NCBI RefSeq assembly: GCF_046314175.1
Contig: NZ_JBKBXG010000018.1
Location: 852 to 64,851 of the forward strand
Reading direction: 5' to 3'
DNA length: 64,000 bases
DNA from: Acidovorax sp.
GTDB lineage: Bacteria > Pseudomonadota > Gammaproteobacteria > Burkholderiales > Burkholderiaceae_C
Both the position numbers and the translations under genes were made by a program. This document shows, in pieces, positions 41,478 to 51,209 of the stretch (positions within the stretch are counted from its first letter, which is position 1; each line of letters opens with the position of its first letter). The notes below the pieces were generated by a model. The model was not told where the DNA came from and did no database searches. It worked only from the letters and a program-made list of their open reading frames with translations.

Positions 41478-42947
41478 TTAGTGTCCTGTTGGCGATGGGG
41501 GCGATGGGGGCGATGGGGGCGATGGGGAAGCCGGTTGCGGGTGCTCGGAGTGTTGTGCCCGCCCATCTGCAGACGGAAAGCGGACACGGACCTCCAGCCC
41601 CACAGCACCAGGGCGTGCCTCAATCTGCCATTGGTGCGCGTTGGTGATTTCCTGGCAAATGGACAGGCCCAGGCCAGCGCCTTTGTCGCGCCGCGCCGCG
41701 CCGCGCCAGAACCTGTGGAAGAGTTTGTCCAGCTCTGCCGGATGGACACCGGTGCCTTGATCGGCCACGCTGAACCCGTCGCGGTGGGCAGTTATTGTGA
41801 CGACGGTGCCTGCCGGGCTGTGCTGAATGGCGTTTTCCAGCAGATTCTTGAGCAGCGTGAACAGGGCCCCGCGGTCAGCCCTCCAGAACGCAGCAGCCCC
41901 GTATTTTTGTGGCCGCATGCCAAAGGCAATCTTTACGCCGTTGCGCTCGGCAATACGGTCCATGTACTCGCAGACCTCTGAAATGGCGGCGAGCGGGTGC
42001 ACTTCTTCGATCCGATAGTTGTGGGTCTCGCTGGCCTCGGCCAGGTGCAGCAGTTGCTGCACCTGGCGCGCCATGTGGTCCACATCCTGCAGCAGATACG
42101 TGTTGTTCTGCGTTGCCGGCATCAGTTCGACCTGCGCCCGGATGAGGGCCAGTGGGGTCTTCAACTCGTGCGCGGCGTTGGCCAAAAACTCTTGCTGGGT
42201 GCGAAAACCCACCTGCAGCCGGTCCAGCGCGCGGTTGAACGCATTGATCAAGGGGGCCAATTCCTCCGGCAGGTCGCGGGCCTGAAGGCGTGCATCCAGT
42301 GTCTGCGGTGTTATGCGCTGTGCTTCCAGAGAGGCCGCACGCAGCGGAAGCAGCATGCGCTGCAGGGTCAGGTGCGTTGCCACCAGAAACACCGCCAGGA
42401 AGGTCAGGCAGGTGGCCAAAATCCCATGCTGCAATGCCGGTGTGCCTAAGGAATCGCGCAGCTTCAGCACCAGTCGGTCGCTGGCCGCAAACTGCACGTA
42501 CCAAGTGACACCATCGTGCTCAATGGGGGCGGTGCCCGCGTGCATTTGCACGCCATTGCGTTCCAGCGCGAACCTTCTGACGGCTGGGTTGAAACCCTGG
42601 CCCTGCGGTGCCAGGACATCGGCTTCGCCTGTGGGTGAAAACGCTGCCCGGCCCTCGGGGTCGACAATGCGTACCGCCAGTTCTTCCTTGAAGCTGGTGA
42701 AGAGCCACGTTTCAATTTTTTGCTCGTCAAACCCCGTGGGCTTGCCATCGGCCGAAAACTGGGCTCTTGTCGCGATGTTTTGGGCAAAGTCTTCTGCCCC
42801 GTACTGCAGCATGTACCGGTTAAACGGACCTGCCATAAAAAAGGCCATTGACCCCACCAGGAGGGCACTGACCAGCATTGCAACGCCATACACCGCCAGC
42901 AGGCGGGCGCGCAGGCTATGGGGCCACTGAAACTTCACGAAGGGCAT
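41478..42947 (-). CDS. Sensor histidine kinase (HAMP-HisKA-HATPase)
   Basis: Two TMs; AAHELKTPL, NLLENAIQH, DQGTG, GAGLGLSI. Confidence 0.92.
   Translation of the reverse strand: MPFVKFQWPHSLRARLLAVYGVAMLVSALLVGSMAFFMAGPFNRYMLQYGAEDFAQNIATRAQFSADGKPTGFDEQKIETWLFTSFKEELAVRIVDPEGRAAFSPTGEADVLAPQGQGFNPAVRRFALERNGVQMHAGTAPIEHDGVTWYVQFAASDRLVLKLRDSLGTPALQHGILATCLTFLAVFLVATHLTLQRMLLPLRAASLEAQRITPQTLDARLQARDLPEELAPLINAFNRALDRLQVGFRTQQEFLANAAHELKTPLALIRAQVELMPATQNNTYLLQDVDHMARQVQQLLHLAEASETHNYRIEEVHPLAAISEVCEYMDRIAERNGVKIAFGMRPQKYGAAAFWRADRGALFTLLKNLLENAIQHSPAGTVVTITAHRDGFSVADQGTGVHPAELDKLFHRFWRGAARRDKGAGLGLSICQEITNAHQWQIEARPGAVGLEVRVRFPSADGRAQHSEHPQPASPSPPSPPSPPSPTGH
41491..41526. repeat. 9-bp tandem repeat x4 in the kinase C-terminal tail
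   Basis: (GGCGATGGG)4, encoding PSP units. Confidence 0.9.
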
Positions 42948-43602
42948 AGCCTTGGGTTCGAAGGTTGACGATCTGCATGCAGGACCCTGCCGCAGTCAGC
43001 TTGCGGCGCAGCCTGTGCAGGGCCACATCCAATGCGTTGGGGGTGACGGCCTCTGTCATGCCCCAGGCCGCAGCCTCCAGTGTGGAGCGCTTGACAGTCT
43101 GACCTGCTTTGCGGGCCAGGCACAGCATGATCTGCAGTTCTGTGGCCGGCAAGAAGACGGTGGCGCCAGCACAAACCATGTGCCCGTGTTCGGGGCTGAC
43201 GCAGACGTCGCCATGGGTAGGGGCAAATTCCTGCACGTTGGCGGGACGCCGCAGGAGCGCACGCACCCGTGCCACCAGCTCTTCCATTGGGAAGGGTTTG
43301 GTGAGGTAGTCGTCAGCGCCAGAGTCCAGCCCTTCGAGGCGGTCATGCAGGGCGTCCCGTGCCGTGAGCATCAAGCACGGGGTGGCGCTGCCCGAGGCTC
43401 GCAGACGCTTGACCAGATGCAGCCCGTCACCATCTGGCAATCCTCTGTCCACGACGACCACTCCGTAGGTGATGTCTTGCAACGCTAGCCACGCGGGCGC
43501 GACCGCGTGAAACACATCGGTTTCGATACCCGCATTGCCCAGTGCCTGGCGCACAAGCGCTGCCAATCTCGTATGGTCTTCAATCAGTGCAATACGGTTC
43601 AT
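42916..43602 (-). CDS. OmpR-family response regulator
   Basis: IEDH, VVDRGLPDGDG, GADDYLTKPF, winged helix LDVALHRLRRKL. Confidence 0.92.
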   Translation of the reverse strand: MNRIALIEDHTRLAALVRQALGNAGIETDVFHAVAPAWLALQDITYGVVVVDRGLPDGDGLHLVKRLRASGSATPCLMLTARDALHDRLEGLDSGADDYLTKPFPMEELVARVRALLRRPANVQEFAPTHGDVCVSPEHGHMVCAGATVFLPATELQIMLCLARKAGQTVKRSTLEAAAWGMTEAVTPNALDVALHRLRRKLTAAGSCMQIVNLRTQGYALREVSVAP

Positions 43603-44123
43603 ACGGAGCTTGCCGGTTGATCTTGTGCGGTTGCCAGCAGGTGGGCCGTGAGCCGTGCGATGCGCTGAGGGTTGGCCCGCTGCAGGGTAGCTTGTTCCAT
43701 CCACAGGGTTTCTGCGGCCGCTCTGCAATGGTCCAGCAGGCGGGCATCGCAATCATCATAGGCACATGCCTCTTCGATGAAATCATTCCAGATGGCCCGG
43801 TAGCTGTCATCGGCCATCAAGGCCACTGCCGCAAAGTGCCCCTTTGGCCTTTGGAGCGCGTGCTCGCTGACGCACTGCAGGTAGGCCCTCAGATGCCTGG
43901 TGGCACCGGGGGGCTCTGTACCCAGCATCTCCATCATTGCTTTCCGAAACCCCCGCACCAGGCGCTCAAAGACCTCGTCCAGTTGGGCGCGGTGTTGCCC
44001 GTGGGGGCTGTGCAGCCGCTTTTCGACGCCGGGATGGCGTCTCTTGGCTTCTTCAGTCTGCTCCCCGGGGGTAACGGGATACAGATCTGCCACTGCGCTT
44101 TCAGGGAGGCCCAGGGGTCTCAT
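43599..44123 (-). CDS. TetR-like protein with degenerate HTH (C-terminal domain recognisable)
   Basis: RHLRAYL...ALMAD...W...CRAAAETLW resembles a TetR C-terminal domain; fits tightly between mipA-like gene and RR. Confidence 0.55.
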   Translation of the reverse strand: MRPLGLPESAVADLYPVTPGEQTEEAKRRHPGVEKRLHSPHGQHRAQLDEVFERLVRGFRKAMMEMLGTEPPGATRHLRAYLQCVSEHALQRPKGHFAAVALMADDSYRAIWNDFIEEACAYDDCDARLLDHCRAAAETLWMEQATLQRANPQRIARLTAHLLATAQDQPASSV

Positions 44124-44124
44124 C

Positions 44125-44973
44125 TCAAAAGCGGTACAGGTAGCCGACGGTGGCCCGCGACAGGCTGGACCGCCCCACAATGGGACTGAGTTTGATCTCG
44201 TCGGGCAACTGGGTGGCGCTGACGTCGAGAAAAACAGTTTGTTGGGCCTGGAGCGAATAGTCCAACCGCACGCCGACCTCCATCACGGTGGCTGCCTTGC
44301 CGATGTACTGAGGGCGGATGATGGGCACGGCTTCATTGGCCTTCACACCGAAGTAGTAGTCCACATACTTCTTGTCCAGCCATTGGGCCTCGACCCTGGG
44401 CGTGACGCCCAGTTTTCCGAAGCCGAAGCGCCGATCCAGCTGCAGCGACACCTTTTGCCCCTTGCTGTTGCTGGATGCGTCAGCGGTCCATTCGGCAGTG
44501 GCCCGGGCGATGGGGTTCAGCCAGGTGGCAGTGCCGCCAGCCCAGAAGCTGCCTTTGCGCTCGTCCATGCCGGTCAGGATCGGGGCATCGCCAGCCTCGT
44601 AGCCGGTGGGTTCGTACTTGAGGCGTGCCGCCAGCGCGATGGAGCTGCTGGCACCCACAGGCCAGTTCCCCAGCTTGACATCCGCGCTGGTGCCTGCGAC
44701 GCGCAACCAGGAGTTCTCGTAGTTGATCAAAGGCAACGCCCGGGTTTTGTTGTCTGCGCCCAGGTAAGGGCTTTGGAACACCCCCACTCCGATGCCCAGG
44801 CCCCATTGCGACGAGGGTATGGACGATGCTGGAGGTGCAGATTGGGCTGTCGCATTGCCTGCCAGGGCAAGGCCGGTGAGGGCTGCTACGGCGATGCGGG
44901 TCAGAGGTGCCGCGTGTGGCGCGAGTGTCTGTGGCGTGTGCATGGATAGAACCCTGGATGTGAAGGCATCCAT
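44125..44973 (-). CDS. MipA/OmpV family outer membrane protein
   Basis: Signal peptide; WGLGIG..SPY.G, YVDYYFGV, I..SPIV, C-terminal YRF. Confidence 0.9.
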   Translation of the reverse strand: MDAFTSRVLSMHTPQTLAPHAAPLTRIAVAALTGLALAGNATAQSAPPASSIPSSQWGLGIGVGVFQSPYLGADNKTRALPLINYENSWLRVAGTSADVKLGNWPVGASSSIALAARLKYEPTGYEAGDAPILTGMDERKGSFWAGGTATWLNPIARATAEWTADASSNSKGQKVSLQLDRRFGFGKLGVTPRVEAQWLDKKYVDYYFGVKANEAVPIIRPQYIGKAATVMEVGVRLDYSLQAQQTVFLDVSATQLPDEIKLSPIVGRSSLSRATVGYLYRF

Positions 44974-44986
44974 GTTCTCCCGCTCG

Positions 44987-45019
44987 TACTTACCGGCTAC
45001 TTACTGGCTACCTGCGGCC
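44987..45019 (-). promoter_or_regulatory. 11-bp-period direct repeats, candidate OmpR-family box
   Basis: TACTTACCGGC / TACTTACTGGC / TACCTGCGGCC upstream of the mipA-like gene. Confidence 0.55.
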
Positions 45020-45174
45020 ATTGGGTGTTGTTTTCGCCAATCTGCACTTGCGCAATTGGGATGCATCGCCAGCTGAGGCTTGGGGCGAACTGCTTGCATC
45101 GGCCCTGTTTTGCGCAGTGGGATGTCAATGCCGTGCCAGGAGCCTGCTGGCTGCAGTGGGTGTCTGACCGTTGC

Positions 45175-45506
45175 TCAGTAACCCAGTCCTTCCGCCAGCG
45201 GCGGCAGCCCGTGTCGCAGACGCGCTCGGTGGCAGGTATCGTCCCCCGCCTCGAACTCGCGGCAGGGCGAGGGGCGCCATTCGTAGATGCCGCAGGCCGC
45301 TTTCTCGCCGATCTTGCCGGTGGGCGCCGCTCAGCGCGCAGGCACGTGGTCGGTGCCGCGCATGCGGCAGGGGGTGCTGGTCACTGTCACGGCCAGGCTG
45401 CCCGGCACGGTGCCACCCCTCTCCTGCTTTCTTCTTCTGCAAAGTCCACGCGAAAGCTGGCGCAGCAGGCGCCACAGGTCAGGCATGGGTGGACGGAGTC
45501 GGGCAT
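45175..45506 (-). pseudogene. YkgJ-family cysteine cluster protein, disrupted
   Basis: MPDSVHPCLTCGACCASFRVDF, frameshift near 45430, then CRMRGTDHVPAR*AA...CGIYEWRPSPCREF with in-frame TGA at 45331-45333. Confidence 0.8.
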
Positions 45507-45542
45507 GGCGGGCGAAATGGTGAGTGGATCGCCTGTGCGGAT

Positions 45543-46958
45543 TCAGGCGCTGCGGGGCAGGGGAATGCTAACGAAAAATCCCACGCCCTGGCCGTTCAAG
45601 CCTTCGCCCACCTGCACCTGCCCACCCATGCGCCGCACGGCCTGCCGCACGATGGCCAGGCCCAGTCCCGACCCATTGGCCGCGTGCCCAACGCCCCGGT
45701 AAAAACGCTCGAACACCCGGCTGCGCTCGGTGACCGGAATGCCCGGTCCATCGTCTTGCACCACCAGGTGCAGCAGCGCGCCATCGTGCCGCAGAGCCAC
45801 CGCCACATTCCCCCCGGCCGTGGCGTAGCGCACCGCGTTGTCGATGAGGTTGTGCACGATGGATTCGAGCGCAGGCAGGTCCAGCCGAGCGGGCAGCGTG
45901 TCGGGCGCGTCCAGCGACAGCTCGATCTGCTGCGCCATGGCCTGCGGCGCGGCCTGCGCCAAAGCGGCGCGTAGCCACTGCGCCACGTCCAGATCGCGCG
46001 GTGCGGGGCGCTGCGCTTCGTCCAGCGCGGCCAGGTCCAGCAGCTGCTGCGCCAGGTGCGAGGTGCGTGCAATGGCCTGCTCCAGGTGCGCCTGGGCCTG
46101 CGTGCGCTCGTCTTCGCTTTGCGAGCGGGCCATGACATGGGCTTGCGCGGTGATCACGGCCAAGGGCGTGCGGATCTCGTGGGCGGCGTCCTGCACAAAC
46201 GCGCGTTCGCGCTCAACCTTTTGGCGCATGCGGGCCAGCAGGGTATCGAGCGATTGTTCCAGCGGTTTGAGTTCGCGGTGGCGGGCGTTGAAGCCCACGG
46301 GTTGCAGGTCGTCGGTGTTGCGCTGGGCGATGCGGCGGGCCAGTTGCTGCAGGGGCTTGAGGCCGTTGCGCACGGACAGCCACACGGGGATCAGCACGAA
46401 GGGGGCGGCCAGAAGGAGGTAGGGCACCAGCGACCGCGCGTTGCGCGAGAGGAAGGCCGCGTCCGAGCGCTTCGGGTCTGCAATGGTCAGCACCCAGCGA
46501 GCTTTGTGGCCTGCGTAGATGCGGTGCACCTGGCCACTCACGAGGGTCTCAGTGATAGTCCCGTCGTGCGCCCGCGTAGGCAGCGTCTGCCAACCGGGCG
46601 ACGCGTATATGGGCTCGCCCCGTGCATCTGCCAGTTGATACAGCGAGGTGCCCGGCATCACGCCGATCTGGCGACGGCGGATATTGGTCCAACTATCGGT
46701 AGACGCCAGTGCGGCAGCTGCAAGCGCTGGGTCGGAAACGTTCGCCAGCGATGCCAGCACAGCGTCACCGTATTTTTGCAAGCCGGGTTCGTTGGCGATG
46801 GTCTGCTTATAGGTGATGAAGAGATAGCCCAGCAGTACCGCCCACACCAGCACGAAGGCCAGCACAACAGACACGACACTGCGCCGCACCAGCGTCGGCT
46901 CGGCCAGCTTTGCCCACGCTGTGCGCAGCGGTTGAGGAATGAACATGGCGCGCGTCAT
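45543..46958 (-). CDS. Sensor histidine kinase (QseC/PmrB-like)
   Basis: Two TMs; ERAFVQDAAHEIRTPL, NLIDNAVRY, DDGPG, GSGLGLAIV. Confidence 0.92.
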   Translation of the reverse strand: MTRAMFIPQPLRTAWAKLAEPTLVRRSVVSVVLAFVLVWAVLLGYLFITYKQTIANEPGLQKYGDAVLASLANVSDPALAAAALASTDSWTNIRRRQIGVMPGTSLYQLADARGEPIYASPGWQTLPTRAHDGTITETLVSGQVHRIYAGHKARWVLTIADPKRSDAAFLSRNARSLVPYLLLAAPFVLIPVWLSVRNGLKPLQQLARRIAQRNTDDLQPVGFNARHRELKPLEQSLDTLLARMRQKVERERAFVQDAAHEIRTPLAVITAQAHVMARSQSEDERTQAQAHLEQAIARTSHLAQQLLDLAALDEAQRPAPRDLDVAQWLRAALAQAAPQAMAQQIELSLDAPDTLPARLDLPALESIVHNLIDNAVRYATAGGNVAVALRHDGALLHLVVQDDGPGIPVTERSRVFERFYRGVGHAANGSGLGLAIVRQAVRRMGGQVQVGEGLNGQGVGFFVSIPLPRSA

Positions 46959-47620
46959 GACTGCAGCAGATAGCCCACGCCCCGCACAGTGCGGATCAGC
47001 TCCGCTCCGATCTTGCGGCGCAGGTTGGACACATGCACTTCGATGGCGCCAAAGTCCACGGGCTCGCCCAACGGGTCGAGCCGTTGCGACAGCACGCTTT
47101 TGGACACCACCACCCCTGGCTCGCGCGCCAGCTCCAGCAGCAGTTGAAACTCGCGCGGTGACAAGTCAAGCGCCGCGCCTCCGCGCTGCGCGGCATGGCG
47201 GCGCGGCTCCACCACCAGATCGCCCAACACCCAGCGCTCGCTGGCCTGGCGTGCACTGCGGCGCAGCACGGCGCGGATGCGCGACATCAGCTCGGCCGTG
47301 GCAAAAGGCTTGATCACAAAGTCGTCTGCCCCGCCATCCAGCCCGGCCAGCCGGTCTTCGACCGCCGAGCGCGCTGTGATCACGATGATGGGCACTTGCC
47401 CGCCCTGGCCTGCCTGGTTGCGCCAGCGCGCGAGCAGGTCAAAACCACTGCCGTCGGGCAGGGTCAGGTCCAGCAGCACGCAGTCCACCGTGGTGGCGTC
47501 GACCATGGCGGGCGCATCCACCGCGCGGCGCAGCCATTCGCTGGTCAGGCCCTCCACCTTCAGCGCGGACTGCAGAGCGCGGCCCAGGTCCAGGTCGTCT
47601 TCGATGAGCAGGATGTGCAT
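46955..47620 (-). CDS. Response regulator (QseB/PmrA-like)
   Basis: MHILLIEDD, LLDLTLPDGSG, GADDFVIKPF, IEVHVSNLRRK, IRTVRGVGY. Confidence 0.93.
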   Translation of the reverse strand: MHILLIEDDLDLGRALQSALKVEGLTSEWLRRAVDAPAMVDATTVDCVLLDLTLPDGSGFDLLARWRNQAGQGGQVPIIVITARSAVEDRLAGLDGGADDFVIKPFATAELMSRIRAVLRRSARQASERWVLGDLVVEPRRHAAQRGGAALDLSPREFQLLLELAREPGVVVSKSVLSQRLDPLGEPVDFGAIEVHVSNLRRKIGAELIRTVRGVGYLLQS

Positions 47621-47673
47621 GGGGTGCGATTGTGGCGGGTGTGGTGGCGGCTGTGCGCTGCCTCAAGCGGTGC

Positions 47674-47690
47674 CTTTAGCTGGCGTTAAG
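47674..47690 (+). promoter_or_regulatory. PmrA/QseB-type direct repeat
   Basis: CTTTAG-ctggc-GTTAAG between RR and divergent GNAT gene. Confidence 0.45.
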
Positions 47691-47764
47691 GCAGCGCTTT
47701 GCACAATGTGGCAGCGCGCGCAGCGCAATGTGGCCCGTGTACCGGCACTTGAGGGGTAAAAAGA

Positions 47765-48802
47765 ATGGACGGAACTGGGGAGGAGGCCCTTGTGGGCCAT
47801 AGCAAATCATTGAGGGGGCCATCGGCGCTCTCGCAGCTGGTGTTGCGGCCGTTTCGCGGCCCATCGGACTTTCCGGCCATGGCCGAGGTGGCCAATGCCA
47901 GCTTTGATGCCGATGGGGTGCTCGCACGGCGCACACCCGAAGACCTGGCGCGCGACTACGCCGCTTTCACCCAGTGCGATCCGTACCAGGACGCAGTAAT
48001 GGCCGAGTTGAATGGCGAGCTGGTCGCCTATGGCCGGTGCTGGCGGTTCACGCAGGCCGACGGGTTGACGCTGCACGCGCAAATCGGTTTTGTTCCAGGG
48101 CGTTGGCGCGGGCGCGGCATTGGCCGTGTGCTGCAGGGCTGGATCGAGCAGCGGCACCACACCGTGGCAACGCAGCAGCCGGGCGGCCCGCACGTGCACC
48201 ATGCCTATGTGCAGCAAGGCGAGGAAGCGCGCGCGAAACTGCTGCAGGCCAGTGGCTATGCGCCAATGCGGTACTTCTTTGAAATGCTGAATACCGAACT
48301 GCATGCTGCGCCCGACTTTCCCATGCCGCAAGGGCTGGAGCTGCGGCCCGTGTTGCCCGAGCACTGCCGCGCCATTTGGGACGCGCACCACACCGCGTTT
48401 GAAGACCACTGGGGCATGGCGCCTCCCTTGCCACGCGACTACGACACCTGGCTGGAGAGCCGGATTTTTCAGCCCGCTCGCTGGCAGGTAGCGTGGGACG
48501 GCAATGAGGTCGCAGGCCAGGTCCGCACGTACATCAATGAGGACGAAAACCGCCATCTGTCCAGGCGACGGGGCTACACCGAGTTCATCAGTGTGGGCCG
48601 CAAGTGGCGCAAGCGCGGTCTGGCAAGGGCATTGATTGCCCGCAGCCTGCGCTTGTTGGCCGACGAAGGGATGGTCGAGTCGGCATTGGCGGTGGATGGC
48701 GAGAACCTGACGGGCGCTAATCGGGTGTATGCGGACTGCGGTTTTCAGGTGGTCAAGCGCAACACGATTTACCGCAAGCCGCTGGAGGTGCCCAGGCTGT
48801 AG
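47765..48802 (+). CDS. Tandem GNAT N-acetyltransferase
   Basis: Two acetyl-CoA motifs (WRGRGIG, WRKRGLA); VDGENLTGANRVY..CGF. Confidence 0.88.
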   Translation: MDGTGEEALVGHSKSLRGPSALSQLVLRPFRGPSDFPAMAEVANASFDADGVLARRTPEDLARDYAAFTQCDPYQDAVMAELNGELVAYGRCWRFTQADGLTLHAQIGFVPGRWRGRGIGRVLQGWIEQRHHTVATQQPGGPHVHHAYVQQGEEARAKLLQASGYAPMRYFFEMLNTELHAAPDFPMPQGLELRPVLPEHCRAIWDAHHTAFEDHWGMAPPLPRDYDTWLESRIFQPARWQVAWDGNEVAGQVRTYINEDENRHLSRRRGYTEFISVGRKWRKRGLARALIARSLRLLADEGMVESALAVDGENLTGANRVYADCGFQVVKRNTIYRKPLEVPRL

Positions 48803-48882
48803 TCGCGGCGTGCGCTGGCTCCGCAATCACCTGTCGCTGGGATGCTGCAGTTCTGCGACACCCGGGTGCAAAAGGCATGGGC

Positions 48883-48899
48883 CTTAGGCTGCGCTTAAG
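48883..48899 (+). promoter_or_regulatory. PmrA/QseB-type direct repeat
   Basis: CTTAGG-ctgcg-CTTAAG upstream of the TonB-dependent receptor. Confidence 0.55.
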
Positions 48900-48936
48900 C
48901 CTTGCCCCCGGACAATCTGGCACAGAGAGGGTGTCT

Positions 48937-51138
48937 ATGAAAAATCGAACAACACACAAAAGCCATCGCATTGCCATCTGGGCAGCATGCGTAGCCTCCG
49001 CGGCAGGGAGTGCCGCATGGGCGCAGGGCACGCCAGACGGAACAGGCGGCGCAACCCCACAGCTTGATGGCGTCACGGTCACGGCACGCAGGTCCTTGGA
49101 GCAGCGGTTTTTTGCGGCCGGTTCGCTGGTGGTGGTGGACCGCAGCGACATCGAGCAGATGGGCGCGTTCTCGGTGGCCGATGTTCTGCGCCAGTTGCCG
49201 GGTGTGCAGGTGACGCCGAGTGCTGACGGCAGCGTGGAGATCCGCATGCGCGGCATGGAGCGCGGCGCCACGCAGTTGCTCATTGACGGCCAGCGCGTGG
49301 GCGGCAAGCGCACCCAGTTACCCATTGACCAATTGCCGCCCGAACTGATCGAACGCATCGAGGTGGTGCGCGCGCCCAGCGCAGAGTTCTCGGGTGCCAC
49401 GGGCGGCACGCTCAACATCGTGTTGCGCCAGGCCACCGTGAAGCGCGAAACCACGCTGCGCCTGACCGACAACCACGTGTGGGGCCGCAATGCGGGGCAG
49501 GCGTTCTTCTCGCGCACCGGCCCCTTGGGGGTAACGTCCAAGGGCGCTGACGAGCCTCGCGAAGCGGAGGCCAGCCAGCCCTGGTCGTACTTCGTCGCCG
49601 CGTCGGCGACAGGGCTGCTGCTGGGTTCGGACACGCACCGCAGCACGCAGCGTGCCGGGGCTGAAGTGGCGCAGTCCGACACCAGCGCCCGCTACAAGCG
49701 CACCGACTACGCACTGGTGCCGCGCATCAGCGGAAAGATCGGCGCGGCAGACCAGGTGACGCTGCGGGCAACGCTCAGCAAGGCAGACTTTGGCGGCGTG
49801 GCCGACAGCGTAGGCAGCGGCGATGGCACCTACGCTTTGAACTCACAAGAATCACACTACTACGACCGTCGCTATCTGCAAGCGGCCGCCGACTGGACGC
49901 ACCGCTTTGCTGCCAGCAAGCTCGAAACCACGCTGACCGCCAGCCGTGCCAGCGACACCGTGGACCGCAGAGGCGAGCTGCTACGCAACATTGGCGGGGG
50001 TGGTGCTGTGGTCAAGGACAGCTACAGCTTTGTGGACGACCGGCGCGAAGACGTCTGGAGCCTCAGCAGCAAGCTCACCGGCACGGCCGATGCGCTGCTG
50101 TGGAGTGCCGGGGCGCAGCTGGAAGACCGCAAGCTCTTTGTGAGCACCAACGCGAGCGGCGCCATGCCGGTGAACTCGGGTCTGGACGCTGGCATCCGCC
50201 GCTGGGTGGTCTGGGGGCAAAACGAATGGGAGCTGCCCGCCAGCACCACACTCACGCTGGGCCTGCGCGGCGAACGCGTGGAGCTCAACGGCGGAAGCTC
50301 TGCAGTGGCGGGCAGCAAGCAATGGAACATCCTGCAGCCATCGCTGCACACCCGCACGCCGCTGTCCGACGACCTGCAGTGGCGTGTGAACCTGGCCCGC
50401 GTCACCCAGTTGCCGCGCGTGTGGGACCTGGTGGACCGGGTCATCCCCAGCCAGGGCAGCAACAGCCTGGGCAACCCCGACACCATCGGCAACCCCAACC
50501 TGCGCCCGCAGGTGGCGTGGACGCTGGACACTGGTTTTGAGCGGCGCCTGGCCAACGGCCACGCAGGCCTGAATCTGTTTGTGCGGCAGATGAGCGATGT
50601 GCTGGCGCCCACGCTGGCATTGAATGGATCGCGATGGGTGGAGCAGCGTGCGAACGTGGGCGACGCGATGGTGTGGGGCCTGGAGGCCGATGCCCGCACG
50701 GGGCTCGCGTGGCTGGGCCTGGGGCGCGACTGGACGCTGTCGGCCAACGCCAGCCTCTTGCAGTCGCGCATGACCAGCGGGACCAACGAAGGGCGGCGCA
50801 TCCCCGGGCAGGCGCGCTATGTGGCCACGCTGACCGCTGCCAAACCCATGCCGCGCAGCGGCGGCTGGTATGGCGGCGCCACGTTGACCATGACAGGGCG
50901 TGCCGACCAGGACATCAACGCCACGCTCACGGGCCAGAACCGCGTGAGCGCCATGCTGGACTTTTACGTGGGTCAGCTGGTGCGCGGACTGGGGTATTGG
51001 CGGCTGGGCGTGTACAACGTGGGCGACGCGCACTTCCGCCGGGACCGGGTGGATGCTTCGGGCGCGGCGCCTGTGGTCAGCCGCAGCAGCATGCAGTGGA
51101 CGCCACGGGTGTACCTGACCGTGGGCACTCAGTTTTGA
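48937..51138 (+). CDS. TonB-dependent outer membrane receptor
   Basis: Signal peptide; LDGVTVTA TonB box; IERIEVVR; GGTLNIV; GNPNLRP; C-terminal F. Confidence 0.93.
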   Translation: MKNRTTHKSHRIAIWAACVASAAGSAAWAQGTPDGTGGATPQLDGVTVTARRSLEQRFFAAGSLVVVDRSDIEQMGAFSVADVLRQLPGVQVTPSADGSVEIRMRGMERGATQLLIDGQRVGGKRTQLPIDQLPPELIERIEVVRAPSAEFSGATGGTLNIVLRQATVKRETTLRLTDNHVWGRNAGQAFFSRTGPLGVTSKGADEPREAEASQPWSYFVAASATGLLLGSDTHRSTQRAGAEVAQSDTSARYKRTDYALVPRISGKIGAADQVTLRATLSKADFGGVADSVGSGDGTYALNSQESHYYDRRYLQAAADWTHRFAASKLETTLTASRASDTVDRRGELLRNIGGGGAVVKDSYSFVDDRREDVWSLSSKLTGTADALLWSAGAQLEDRKLFVSTNASGAMPVNSGLDAGIRRWVVWGQNEWELPASTTLTLGLRGERVELNGGSSAVAGSKQWNILQPSLHTRTPLSDDLQWRVNLARVTQLPRVWDLVDRVIPSQGSNSLGNPDTIGNPNLRPQVAWTLDTGFERRLANGHAGLNLFVRQMSDVLAPTLALNGSRWVEQRANVGDAMVWGLEADARTGLAWLGLGRDWTLSANASLLQSRMTSGTNEGRRIPGQARYVATLTAAKPMPRSGGWYGGATLTMTGRADQDINATLTGQNRVSAMLDFYVGQLVRGLGYWRLGVYNVGDAHFRRDRVDASGAAPVVSRSSMQWTPRVYLTVGTQF

Positions 51139-51209
51139 AACACGGGGCGGGGTGGCGGTGATGCACCCGCCTGCGCCTTCAGATCGCCAATGTCGCTAGA
51201 AAGGTCAGC

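Noticed and set aside
45331-45333. In-frame TGA at a Cys position as selenocysteine
   Set aside because: The same gene has an upstream frameshift, so nonsense decay is simpler; no SECIS recognised
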